NCBI GenBank assembly: GCA_964414895.1
Contig: CAYPXO010000005.1
Span: 1 to 56,738 of the forward strand
Direction of reading: 5' to 3'
DNA length: 56,738 bases
From: an uncultured Pseudomonadales bacterium
GTDB lineage: Bacteria > Patescibacteriota > Microgenomatia > UBA1400 > CAYNMC01
The position numbers and the translations under genes are program-made. Every line of letters starts with the position of its first letter. Position 1 is the stretch's first letter. The notes under the pieces are model-generated. The model was not told the origin of the DNA. It saw only the letters and a program-made list of their open reading frames with translations, and did not search any database. Shown in pieces: positions 28,284 through 37,475 of the stretch.

Positions 28284-29801
28284 ATGAAAAAGAAAATTTT
28301 TCTTTTGCTTGGCTTTCTGGCTGGTTTGTTTTTTATCGCTCTTTTCTTTATTATTAAAAGAAAAGCTCCAAAAGCCCCAGAAACTTTTGTCCAGTACATA
28401 GGTGTTAGTGAGCCGGATTACAACCAGCCTTTAAATACTTACTCCCAATATAGTGACAACCTAGGCAATGTGAGAATAATTTTTTCCCAAGGGCCGAGAT
28501 TTTGGACTTGTTACTATGACGAATCTGCCCCTTATCCGGGAGAGAAAAAAATCAACTGCATGTGGTCGGGAAGTCTAAGTGAATGGGGAGCAGGCATTGA
28601 CTGGAAAGGCTACCAAGAACCAAACTACGACCTTGTCTTAAATACTGTTTCTCAATGGAAAAAAGCAAATGGCCATGTGGGCACCCTTATTACTCAGGGA
28701 AACAATATGTGGAGTTTTGATTGGGATGCTGAGGCTTCCTCAAAAAAAACTACCTGTGAATGGCAAGGAACTATTAGTCAATGGGCAGATACTATTGACT
28801 GGGCTACTCATTGTCAAGGCCAAAGACCAACCAGTAGTTATTTTAAGGCAATCTCTCAATATCCCAAAAATAACGCAATAAAAACAGTTATTCTTGAAGG
28901 AGACAATGATATTTGGGCTTTTACCCAAGACTCTTCAGGCAATACTGTTTGTAATGCCGCCAATGTCAGCATTGATACCTGGTGGGAAGGAACGGTTACC
29001 AATAAAGGCAGTTGCAGCAAACCTTCCAGCTGGGATACCATTTCTCAATGGGAAGGAGATGACGGTGTTCTTTTAACTGCTATTAGTCAAGGAACTTCTG
29101 TCTGGAGCTTTGAAGAAAAAACCAGTGGCAGCAGTGTCACCACTACTTGTCTTGGCCAATATAGCCTTAGCCAATGGGGAGCCGGTATTCTTTGGGGAAA
29201 TCTGGATTCTGATGATGATGGCTTGCCTGATAGTGGTGATGCTTGTCCTAATCAGGCCGGACCAATCAGTAACAACGGCTGTCCCGAGGGTACTTCCCCT
29301 CAACCTTCGGCCTCAGCACTAATTTCCCCTTCTCCTTCTCCAAGCATATCCCCTTCACCAGGAATTTCTCCCTCCCCTTCTCCCTCCCCAGACTCCTCTG
29401 TTTCACCAAGCCCCTCTCCTAGTCCTAGCCCCTCCTCTTCACCCTCAACAGAGGCAGGCTTAGTATTTACCGCTTCCCTTGCTGGCTTATCCGAAGAAGG
29501 CCACCAATTGCTGGCTGCCACTCTCTATGCCGAAGGAACCGACTGGATAAGGCAGGCTATTCTTGATTATGAAGGCAACGGCTGGGTGGATATAAGTGAG
29601 CTTGACCAAAGTGAAACTTATAATTTCTTTTTAAAGATCCACCCTTCCTTTATAAGTGAAAAAGAAGTCGACCTGGCTAACCTGCCTGAGATTGTTGATT
29701 TTGGAGAGTTAAAAACAGGTGACCTTAACGCTGATAATGAAATAAATGGCCTTGACTGGTCTTGGATGAAAATGTATTTTGGAGAGGGAGGGGAAGAGTA
29801 A
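28284..29801 (+). CDS. secreted/anchored repeat protein: 4 x ~60-aa Trp/Cys repeats, TSP3-like Ca-binding repeat, Pro/Ser linker, dockerin-like C-terminus
   Basis: N-terminal TM/signal. Repeats contain ..SQW..G...T.I.QG...W.F. DSDDDGLPDSGDACPN is TSP type-3-like. The PS-rich linker is followed by GDLNADNEINGLDWSWMKMYF (DxNxDxxxxxxD EF-hand/dockerin-like loop). Confidence 0.7.
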   Translation: MKKKIFLLLGFLAGLFFIALFFIIKRKAPKAPETFVQYIGVSEPDYNQPLNTYSQYSDNLGNVRIIFSQGPRFWTCYYDESAPYPGEKKINCMWSGSLSEWGAGIDWKGYQEPNYDLVLNTVSQWKKANGHVGTLITQGNNMWSFDWDAEASSKKTTCEWQGTISQWADTIDWATHCQGQRPTSSYFKAISQYPKNNAIKTVILEGDNDIWAFTQDSSGNTVCNAANVSIDTWWEGTVTNKGSCSKPSSWDTISQWEGDDGVLLTAISQGTSVWSFEEKTSGSSVTTTCLGQYSLSQWGAGILWGNLDSDDDGLPDSGDACPNQAGPISNNGCPEGTSPQPSASALISPSPSPSISPSPGISPSPSPSPDSSVSPSPSPSPSPSSSPSTEAGLVFTASLAGLSEEGHQLLAATLYAEGTDWIRQAILDYEGNGWVDISELDQSETYNFFLKIHPSFISEKEVDLANLPEIVDFGELKTGDLNADNEINGLDWSWMKMYFGEGGEE

Positions 29802-29805
29802 AATT

Positions 29806-31236
29806 ATGACTACCAAAAAAGTCCTCTTTATCATCGCCATCTTGCTTATTTTCGCCATCCCCCTGGCTACTTTATTTGTTGGTCAAAGATTACCTAAACT
29901 GCCGGAAGTCTTTGTTCAGTATATCCATGTTGATGAGCCTGATTATGATCAATCCTTTAATACTTTCTCCCAATATATGAGCACCGAAGGACAAATTGGC
30001 ATTGTTTTTTCCCAAGATACTAGCATATGGAGTTGCTATTATGACGAGTCCGCTCCTTTTAGTGGCAAAAAAACTAATTGTGTTTGGAATGGTAGTTTGG
30101 AAGATTGGTTTAACAGCGTTGACTGGGGTGGTGTTCCTCAAGAATACCTGCCGGATGTAAGCCAACCTTTCAATACTGTCTCTCAGTGGAGAAGGATTGG
30201 TGATGACGCCGGCCATGTAGGCACTGTCATTACCCAAGGAACCAATATGTGGGCTTTTGATTGGAGTCCGGAGGCCGAATATAGTGGTTTACAGACTACT
30301 TGCACTTGGTATGGCACTTTTACCGACTGGCTTAATGAAATCGACTTTACTACCAATTGCCAAGGTAAAGAACCCTCGGCTACTACCCCTATTCAGGCAA
30401 TATCTCAATACGAGAACAACACCGCTTCCAAAGACACCAAAACTATTATCCTTCAAGGAAATAAAATCTGGGCTTTTACTCAAGAGCCCTCAGGAAACAC
30501 TGTTTGTAATGCTGCTGAGGTTTCTCTTGATGATTGGTGGACAAATACTGTTTCCAATCATGGAACTTGTAGTCAACCCTCCTCTTGGGACACAATCGCT
30601 CAATGGAAAAAAGCCGACGACAGCCTAGAAACAACTATTACCTATCAAAACAAAATGTGGAAATTTGAAGAAAGTGACTCAGAAACTAGTTGTCTTGAGG
30701 AAAAAAGCCTAAGTGACTGGGGAAATGAGGTCGCTTGGGGCCAATTGGATACTGATGAAGATGGCGTAGCTGATGTTGTTGATGACTGCCCCAATGAGCC
30801 GGGACCGGCAAGTAACAATGGCTGTCCGCTTTCTTCCTCTCCTGCTCCCTCCACTTCTCCAACCACTTCTCCTTCTCCTGCGCCAGAAGAAGCCTTAATA
30901 TTCACCGCTTCTCCCTCTGGTCTTCTGGATGAAGGCCAAAGCTTAATAGCCGCCACCTTGTATGCCGAAGGAACCGACTGGGTAAAGCAAACTATTCTGA
31001 ATTATGAAGGCAAAGGCTGGGTGGATATAAGTGAGCTTGACCAAAGCGAAACTTATAATTTCTTTTTAAAAGCTCATCCATTTTTGATTGTTAAAGAAGA
31101 AGTCGACCTGGCTAACCTGCCTGAGATTGTTGATTTTGGAGAGTTAAAAACAGGTGACCTTAACGCTGATAATGAAATAAATGGCCTTGACTGGTCTTGG
31201 ATGAAAATGTATTTTGGAGAAAACACCAATGAATAA
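29806..31236 (+). CDS. paralog of 28284-29801 (same architecture)
   Basis: Same repeat organisation. DTDEDGVADVVDDCPN. The C-terminal ~40 aa are identical to the first paralog. ATG 29806 follows GGAGGGGAAGAG. Confidence 0.7.
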   Translation: MTTKKVLFIIAILLIFAIPLATLFVGQRLPKLPEVFVQYIHVDEPDYDQSFNTFSQYMSTEGQIGIVFSQDTSIWSCYYDESAPFSGKKTNCVWNGSLEDWFNSVDWGGVPQEYLPDVSQPFNTVSQWRRIGDDAGHVGTVITQGTNMWAFDWSPEAEYSGLQTTCTWYGTFTDWLNEIDFTTNCQGKEPSATTPIQAISQYENNTASKDTKTIILQGNKIWAFTQEPSGNTVCNAAEVSLDDWWTNTVSNHGTCSQPSSWDTIAQWKKADDSLETTITYQNKMWKFEESDSETSCLEEKSLSDWGNEVAWGQLDTDEDGVADVVDDCPNEPGPASNNGCPLSSSPAPSTSPTTSPSPAPEEALIFTASPSGLLDEGQSLIAATLYAEGTDWVKQTILNYEGKGWVDISELDQSETYNFFLKAHPFLIVKEEVDLANLPEIVDFGELKTGDLNADNEINGLDWSWMKMYFGENTNE

Positions 31237-31882
31237 AAAAGAACTTATCATTGCCATCACTCTTTCGATTATCTTGATTGCCGAGTCTATCTGGTCTCTA
31301 AATTACCTTAAAAAAGCCAAAAAAACTGGCTCAAATCTTAAACCATCTTATTCGTTTCAGCCCCCCTATTTACAAAAAACTTCCTTAGCTGAGTTACAAA
31401 AAGCCATTTTTACCCAATCGGCCAGTAAACAGAAAAAAATGCCTCCTGCCGATGGACCGCAACTTTATCTCTCTGGAGAGAAGAAAAACTTTCTCACTGG
31501 AGAGGAATTCAAAATAAAAGTTGAGCTTGATCTTAAAAACAAAAGCGTTCAAGCAATAGATGCTGTTGTTCTTTTTGACCCCACCAGGCTAACTATTAAC
31601 GAGATTGCCCCTAGCATACAAAACCAGACAATAGAATATCCTCAGAACAGATTTGACAACCAAAAAGGAGAAGCAAAAATCAGTCTCATCTTTCCCCAGG
31701 AACCGCTGACAGGCGGACAAGTAGTTGTTACCGAAATTTCTTTTACTGCCTTGAAAGCGGGAAAAACCAATCTTTCTTTCGAATTTGAGCCTGGTCAAAC
31801 AAACGATTGCAATGTTGTATTGTATAATGAAACCGATGACTCTTTATCTAAAGTAAAGAATTTAGAAATATCCATACAATGA
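31229..31882 (+). CDS. membrane-anchored cohesin-like domain protein
   Basis: N-terminal TM. AIDAVVLFDPTRLTINEI.. and VVTEISFTALKAGKTNLSF resemble cohesin-domain strands. Confidence 0.5.
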   Translation: MNKKELIIAITLSIILIAESIWSLNYLKKAKKTGSNLKPSYSFQPPYLQKTSLAELQKAIFTQSASKQKKMPPADGPQLYLSGEKKNFLTGEEFKIKVELDLKNKSVQAIDAVVLFDPTRLTINEIAPSIQNQTIEYPQNRFDNQKGEAKISLIFPQEPLTGGQVVVTEISFTALKAGKTNLSFEFEPGQTNDCNVVLYNETDDSLSKVKNLEISIQ

Positions 31883-32541
31883 AAAACTGCCCAAAATTCC
31901 TTATCTTTTTTCTCCTGCTTACTGGTTGCTACTTATTAGTCCCTTCTCCTGCTTGGGCGGCCGCTTCTCTTTCTTTTTCACCGGCAAGCAAAACTGTTGG
32001 CTTAAATGAAACTTTTTCTGTCAATGTTATTCTTAATACTGGCGGCTCAGAAACCGATGCTACTGATGCCATCATCAACTACGATAATTACAAGCTGGAG
32101 GTAGTCTCCGCCACTCTTGGCAGCCTCTACGCTAACAAACTAAGCGAAGACACCTCCACTGCCGGCAAGGTTATCTTCCGGGCGACCAGCACTTCTGATC
32201 AAAGTTACAACGGCACCGGCACTTTTGCTACCATTTCCTTTAGAACAATTGCCGAGGGAACAGCCAATGTCTATTTCCAATTTACTAGCGGCTCAACAAC
32301 CGACTGCAATGTTGCCTACCAAGGCAGTGATCTTCTAGGCAGTGTTTCCAATGCCAGCTATACGGTTTCTTCTTCTAGTACCACAAGCAGTCCAGCTCCG
32401 GCCAGCAGCACTACTACAGGAACCGGTGGTACTACCTCAGCTCCTGTCAGCGGCTCAACCAGCCCAACTATTTTTCTTCTTGGGGGCGGTTTGCTTCTTG
32501 TCTTTCTTGGTGGCCTAAAAATGGCTTTCTTCAAAGGCTAA
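31879..32541 (+). CDS. cohesin-like domain protein with Ser/Thr-rich stalk and C-terminal TM anchor
   Basis: Signal peptide. FSVNVILNTGGSETDATDAIINYDNYKLEVVSATLG and GTFATISFRTIAEGTANVYF are cohesin-like. Ends in an S/T-rich stretch plus a hydrophobic tail. Confidence 0.6.
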   Translation: MKNCPKFLIFFLLLTGCYLLVPSPAWAAASLSFSPASKTVGLNETFSVNVILNTGGSETDATDAIINYDNYKLEVVSATLGSLYANKLSEDTSTAGKVIFRATSTSDQSYNGTGTFATISFRTIAEGTANVYFQFTSGSTTDCNVAYQGSDLLGSVSNASYTVSSSSTTSSPAPASSTTTGTGGTTSAPVSGSTSPTIFLLGGGLLLVFLGGLKMAFFKG

Positions 32542-32610
32542 ATACCTAGTTTCTAACTTTCTGAAACAAATTCTTTCAATAATATAACAACTTAATGTAT
32601 ACTTGCTTTT

Positions 32611-35196
32611 ATGAACTGGCTCAAGTTTCTTAACAAAACTATTGAGTATTCATTTTACTTTCTTCTTTTTACCATTCCTTTGATTTTAACCCCGGTAAAC
32701 TACGAGCTTTTTGAGTTTAATAAAATGATGCTTGCTTATACAATGACCGTTATTATCATCGGCGCTTGGATTGGCAAATGGATTATTGGTGGAAAGGTAG
32801 AAATTAAAAGAACGCCGCTGGATATTCCTATTCTAATATTCTTACTAAGCCAAGTTCTCTCTACTATTTTCTCTATTGATCGACATACTTCTATCTGGGG
32901 ATATTATTCTCGCTTCCATGGGGGCTTGCTGTCAACAATAAGCTATATACTATTATACTATGCTTTTGTAAGTAATATGGCAAAGTGGCAGGTGGCAGGT
33001 GGCAGGTGGCAAATAGACAATAAAAAATCCAAAAATAAAGATAGACAATCAGCCACAAGCCACAAGCCACAAGCAATAATAAACTGTCTCTATATCCTTC
33101 TTGCCTCCGCCACCCTCGTTACCTTTTACGGCATCCTGGAGCATTTTGGCATTGATGCCGACTTTTGGGTCCAGGATGTCCGCAATCGGGTTTTTTCCAC
33201 TCTGGGCCAGCCAAACTGGCTGGGAGCTTGGATTGATGCCCTAATCTTTATTCCAGTAGCAATGGCTCTCGCCATAAGCACCAAATCACAAGCACCAAAT
33301 TACAAGCAAGCACCAAGCACCAAGCACCAAATTATAAAAAAATCACAAAGAGTTTGGAACTTGGGATTTGGGATTTGGGATTTGTTTGGAACTTGGGATT
33401 TGGGATTTGGGATTTATATTCTATATTCTATATTCTATATTCTATATTCCTGTTTATTATTCACCGGTTCCCGTTCCGCTTTTTTTGGCTTTTTAGCCGC
33501 AGCCGCTGTTTTTCTTTCTCTCCTTGTAATTTCCCTGAGAAGGGGTTACCCCTCACGAGGGGTAACCCCTTTTATTTTTTCCCTATCCTCACTCCTCTTC
33601 GTCATCTTTTCCTTTCTCTACGAATGGAAAAAAATTCCCAGCTTAAAATTTACCAGCCTAGGCTTGCTGGCTACTACCCTTGTTTTCCTTCAAATCAATC
33701 TAAAAAAAAGCCTTCTTAGAATCATTAATGTTCTCCTTGCCGGCGTAATTGTTATTTCTCTTTTAATAGGTACCCCAATTACCCCACCAATTGGTAAACT
33801 TATCAAAATCAAAAGTAATTTGCCAGCGACCAGCGACCAGCGACCAGCGACCAATATTCTCCCTTTAACGCCTATTATCTCCAGGTCGTCTGATATCCGC
33901 AAAGTTGTCTGGAAAGGAGCGATTGATGTTTGGCGGCATTGGCCGATTTTTGGCTCAGGGGTGGAAACTTTTGCTTATTCCTACTATAACTTCCGACCGC
34001 GAGAACATAACGATCTATCAGAATGGGACTTTTTATATAACAAAGCTCACAATGAATATCTGAACTATTTGGCTACTACTGGCATATTTGGTCTGGGAAG
34101 TTATCTCTTAATGATAGGATGGTTTTTGGTATGGAACCTGAGAGAAATTTTCAATTTTCAATTTTCAATTTTCAATCAAGCACCAAACTCCAATAAAAGA
34201 AAGTTTGAAAATTCAGACATTGAAAATTCATTGAAAACTGAAAATTGGTCATTGATCATTTCTCTTCTCGCCGGTTACTCCAGTATTCTGGTAACTAACT
34301 TCTTCGGCTTCTCCGTTGTTCCTGTCGCCCTCCTCTTTTGGCTCTTTCCGGCCTTTGTTTTTAGTCTTGCCAATGCTCTACCCGAACAAGCTGTCATTTT
34401 CGCACTGCGGCCGCAGTTCAAATTTGACAGTCGAAAAGGAAAGAAAAAACCCAAAAAACCATTCAACTCTCTAGCCATTCAACCATCAAGTTCTCTCCAA
34501 TACTTCACTCTTTTTATCCTGCTGGCTGCTGGCTGCTGGCTGCTGGCTGCTTTATTCCGTCTCTGGCTGGCCGACTATAAATTCGCTCAAGGAAAAAAAT
34601 ATACTGCCAGCGGCTATTTGCTACCGGCTTACCAAAGCCTAACCGAAGCGGTCAATCTCAACAAAGGAGAACCTCTTTTCCACTCTTATCTTGGAGAAAC
34701 AGCCGCTATGGTCGCTCTAGCCTATCACCAGCAAGACGCCAGTCTGTCAGCTCAATTAGTTGACCAGCTCAGCCAACAAGCAATCGAGCAAAGCGAAAAA
34801 ACTCTAAAAATTAACTCTGTTCATCTTAACTATTATAAAAATGCTGCCAAAACCTATATTTACCTGGGACAAATAGAGCCATCTTTTACCCAAAAGGCAA
34901 TAGAAATCCTAAAGACGGCCACCAGTCTTTCCCCAACCGATGCCAAACTTAGTATTAATCTCGTTCTTTTATATCAGCAAGAAGAACAACTAGACAAAGC
35001 AATAGAAGAGTTGGAAAAAACGGTAGCTCTTAAACCAAACTATACCCGCGCTCATTTAATGCTCGCCAAGCTCTATCATCAAACAAGCCAACAGCAAAAA
35101 GCAATCGATCAGTTAAATTTCATCCTCACTCAAATCCGTCCAGAACATCAAGAAGCAAAAACCTTACTTGAAAAGTGGCAAAACAATCTACAATAA
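32611..35196 (+). CDS. O-antigen ligase (Wzy_C)-like polytopic membrane protein with C-terminal TPR repeats
   Basis: Multi-TM with NKAHNEYLNYLATTG (O-antigen-ligase-type motif) and a C-terminal TPR-like region. Five in-frame simple-repeat insertions. Confidence 0.75.
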   Translation: MNWLKFLNKTIEYSFYFLLFTIPLILTPVNYELFEFNKMMLAYTMTVIIIGAWIGKWIIGGKVEIKRTPLDIPILIFLLSQVLSTIFSIDRHTSIWGYYSRFHGGLLSTISYILLYYAFVSNMAKWQVAGGRWQIDNKKSKNKDRQSATSHKPQAIINCLYILLASATLVTFYGILEHFGIDADFWVQDVRNRVFSTLGQPNWLGAWIDALIFIPVAMALAISTKSQAPNYKQAPSTKHQIIKKSQRVWNLGFGIWDLFGTWDLGFGIYILYSIFYILYSCLLFTGSRSAFFGFLAAAAVFLSLLVISLRRGYPSRGVTPFIFSLSSLLFVIFSFLYEWKKIPSLKFTSLGLLATTLVFLQINLKKSLLRIINVLLAGVIVISLLIGTPITPPIGKLIKIKSNLPATSDQRPATNILPLTPIISRSSDIRKVVWKGAIDVWRHWPIFGSGVETFAYSYYNFRPREHNDLSEWDFLYNKAHNEYLNYLATTGIFGLGSYLLMIGWFLVWNLREIFNFQFSIFNQAPNSNKRKFENSDIENSLKTENWSLIISLLAGYSSILVTNFFGFSVVPVALLFWLFPAFVFSLANALPEQAVIFALRPQFKFDSRKGKKKPKKPFNSLAIQPSSSLQYFTLFILLAAGCWLLAALFRLWLADYKFAQGKKYTASGYLLPAYQSLTEAVNLNKGEPLFHSYLGETAAMVALAYHQQDASLSAQLVDQLSQQAIEQSEKTLKINSVHLNYYKNAAKTYIYLGQIEPSFTQKAIEILKTATSLSPTDAKLSINLVLLYQQEEQLDKAIEELEKTVALKPNYTRAHLMLAKLYHQTSQQQKAIDQLNFILTQIRPEHQEAKTLLEKWQNNLQ
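32985..33075. repeat. (GTGGCAG)x4 ... (GCCACAA)x3 paired heptanucleotide tracts in CDS
   Basis: Counted directly. GTGGC and GCCAC cores are complementary. Encodes ..KWQVAGGRWQIDNKKSKNKDRQSATSHKPQA.. Confidence 0.9.
33277..33449. repeat. compound simple-repeat block in CDS: (AAGCACCAAATYAC)x2, (AGCACCA)x3, 31-bp unit x2 containing (TTGGGAT)x3, (TATATTC)x5
   Basis: Counted directly. Adds about 58 aa of low-complexity sequence. Confidence 0.9.
33824..33851. repeat. (CAGCGAC)x4 heptanucleotide tract in CDS
   Basis: Counted directly. Encodes ..PATSDQRPATN.. Confidence 0.9.
34147..34248. repeat. hairpin element in CDS: (ATTTTCA)x4 left arm, TGAAAAT-type right arm
   Basis: The arms are reverse complements of each other. 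Encodes ..FNFQFSIFNQAPNSNKRKFENSDIENSLKTENW.. Confidence 0.85.
34519..34551. repeat. (GCTGGCT)x4 heptanucleotide tract in CDS
   Basis: Counted directly. The same heptamer family occurs in topA at 19909-19936 and in nadE at 39079-39106. Confidence 0.9.
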
Positions 35197-35223
35197 ACGC
35201 CTTGCGGGTGCAAGGCGTTTATT
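35192..35223. terminator. bidirectional terminator between convergent genes
   Basis: AATAAACGCCTTGC-GGGT-GCAAGGCGTTTATT is a perfect 14-bp-arm hairpin with A/T runs on both sides. Confidence 0.7.
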
Positions 35224-35303
35224 GTAAAACTTCTGCCACCCAATCCCAACCCATTCCAATCCTTGGGTTGGGAACAGACTAAACCTCAGAAAAAAAAGAG
35301 TCA

Positions 35304-36401
35304 TTAAGTCAAAAACAAAAGAAGCCAGAGAAAAGCTATTCCCCAAGTGCCATGGGAAAGAAAAAAATTGCCCCAAAGAGAACCCATTAAATTGTGAGGA
35401 TTTTTAATATTAACGGAAACTAGCAAGAAAGCAACGCCTAAAAAAACAAGCCAAAGCCGTTTTCTGCTATTTTTAACCAATTGCTGGTATAAAATTACCA
35501 TCGCCGGTAGCAAAAAAACTAAATGATGCTGCCAGCAAATGCCGTTTAACAAAAGATTGGCAGTTAAAATTAACAAATAATCCTTTGCAGGGGCGCGCCG
35601 TGGCGCGACCACTCTTATAAATGTCGAAACTAGGATCAAAACTACTGACATTATATAAACAGCCATTGTCACGGGCACTTTCCCCAATAATCTAGTAATC
35701 ATTGCCAAGAGCGATTGGTTATAGTAAAAACTGTTTCCAAAAGAATTAAAAAGCCTTGGCAGAGCAGTGAAAAAATAGTCTTGATAAACTGTCTTTCCAA
35801 AGAAAAAATAAGGAAAAATAAAAACCAACAATAAGCAAAAAAAGCACCAAAAAATCAGCCTAAATTTCTTTCTTAGTAAGAAAAAAGGCAGTAACAAAAC
35901 TGGTGTCATTTTTAAAAGCAAACTTAAGGCCAAAAATAATCCAGATAAAAAATCTTTATTTTTAAGAAAAAAGATCAAATTTAGAGTAACAAAGAGTAAA
36001 ATAAAATGGTTTATCTGCCCCATCCCAAAAGTAAATTTCACCGGAAAGGACAAAAAAGCCAAAGAAGTAAAAACAAAAAGCTCTTTTTTATTTTTAGCCA
36101 AAAGGCCAATAGAAACAAGCAGGCTTGAAAAAGAAAGCAAAGTCCAAAAAACCTGTAAAGGTAAAAGCGGCAAAAAAGACAAAAGATAAAAAACGAATAG
36201 AGCGGCCGGTGGAAAAGCCACCGGGTCAGTTGTCTTGCTATAAGGAATAATGCCGCTCCTTAAGTCCAAGCCCGACTGATAGTAAAAATCAGCCAAATCA
36301 GGCAAGACAAAGCCTCGCTGATAAACTTTCCCCAGAGAAAAAATAAGTTGAAAAAAAGAAAATAAAAAAAAGAGAATTAGTAAAAAGCCTGTTTTTTCCA
36401 C
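35304..36401 (-). CDS. polytopic membrane protein, GT-C-type glycosyltransferase-like (DUF2029/GT87-like)
   Basis: 365 aa with ~10 predicted TM segments, next to the O-antigen-ligase-like gene. Family assignment rests on general resemblance only. Confidence 0.45.
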   Translation of the reverse strand: MEKTGFLLILFFLFSFFQLIFSLGKVYQRGFVLPDLADFYYQSGLDLRSGIIPYSKTTDPVAFPPAALFVFYLLSFLPLLPLQVFWTLLSFSSLLVSIGLLAKNKKELFVFTSLAFLSFPVKFTFGMGQINHFILLFVTLNLIFFLKNKDFLSGLFLALSLLLKMTPVLLLPFFLLRKKFRLIFWCFFCLLLVFIFPYFFFGKTVYQDYFFTALPRLFNSFGNSFYYNQSLLAMITRLLGKVPVTMAVYIMSVVLILVSTFIRVVAPRRAPAKDYLLILTANLLLNGICWQHHLVFLLPAMVILYQQLVKNSRKRLWLVFLGVAFLLVSVNIKNPHNLMGSLWGNFFLSHGTWGIAFLWLLLFLT

Positions 36402-36414
36402 TTAATAAACGTCT

Positions 36415-37245
36415 CTAATCATGTCTCCGGGAAGAATGAGAGCGATGGCGTCCTTCGATCCCGAGCAACAATAATCCCGAAGCTACTAACAACCGCCGAT
36501 CAATTGTTGGCTCTTCGGTCACCAGCATATCATGTTTAAGAACAAAAGGATTAAAATGCTGGATTGTCCTGGCTACAACCCGACCACCAGTCTCTTCAAT
36601 AACATATTCTTGAGGCCAAGGAAGAATCCGACTGAGAAAAGCCCCCCAACCGCTTTTTTCCGTCAGCCGACCAATCTCCTCACCTTCGGGATTTAAAATC
36701 CTCCAAGTGTCTTTAAAAATTGACTTGAACCACTTTCTTTGCAAAGCACCAATAGGCCTTTCAGTGGTCGGATCAGTAACTGTATAAGTTGCTCCTAAAT
36801 CTAAAATATGAGAAGTTCCTATTTTTAGAATTTCTTCTTTTCTTTCCTTGTCCGGATAAACTCGAAACTTTTCTCTTAGGCGAAAAGGCTGTTGTTGCGA
36901 GTGGAGAACCAAACGGTCTCTCTTGTCATAAACATCAAAAGAACAACCACCAAAAATTCCGAGAAGATTAAATATCTTCCGCCTAAAGCGATAAAAATTG
37001 TGGCAAAAAGAGGGATGTAAACCTTCTCTTCTTTCTTCTTCCAAAGCTGGCTGATCCAACTCCACAGGAATGACTTCTTTCTCCTTTTTTCTTCTAGGCT
37101 TCCTTCTTTCTGCAACCAACCTCCTCTCGGGGATTGGCTCAAACTTAACTTCCTGCTTCCTTCTTTCTAAAAAAGGCGCTCTTTCTCCTTCCATAATCTT
37201 ATCCATTCTATCATAAAACCCATCTCTCTCAATCCCGCAAAACAA
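36415..37245 (-). CDS. hypothetical protein (scramblase/LURP-one, tubby-like C-terminal region?)
   Basis: 276-aa ORF. The basic/acidic N-terminus is followed by a beta-rich region. Weak recollection-based resemblance. Confidence 0.35.
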   Translation of the reverse strand: MFCGIERDGFYDRMDKIMEGERAPFLERRKQEVKFEPIPERRLVAERRKPRRKKEKEVIPVELDQPALEEERREGLHPSFCHNFYRFRRKIFNLLGIFGGCSFDVYDKRDRLVLHSQQQPFRLREKFRVYPDKERKEEILKIGTSHILDLGATYTVTDPTTERPIGALQRKWFKSIFKDTWRILNPEGEEIGRLTEKSGWGAFLSRILPWPQEYVIEETGGRVVARTIQHFNPFVLKHDMLVTEEPTIDRRLLVASGLLLLGIEGRHRSHSSRRHD

Positions 37246-37475
37246 ACTATTTTAAAAGTGGATATATCCGTCCTTCTATTCACCAATCAGAAGCTCCTTT
37301 TATTTTTCACGACTTTTTTACCCAACTTTTCACTGGCTTAAAAGCAAGAAGCTCGTAGTTTCCCGACTTCCCAAGCAAAACCTTATTATTTATTATCTAT
37401 GAGGTGGCTGGAAAGAACTGAATAGTTACCTAATTTCTTGTTTATTCCTCCAGGGAGTTTTGCTAAAATACGCTT

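Noticed and set aside
29300-29521. Glu/Gly-rich 73-aa minus-strand ORF (and the analogous 30645-30956)
   Set aside because: It is the antisense shadow of the Pro/Ser linker regions of the two secreted paralogs.
33354-33719. 121-aa alternative-frame ORF within the O-antigen-ligase gene
   Set aside because: It is generated by the simple-repeat block at 33277-33449. The long frame with the AHNEY motif and the TPR tail is the real gene.
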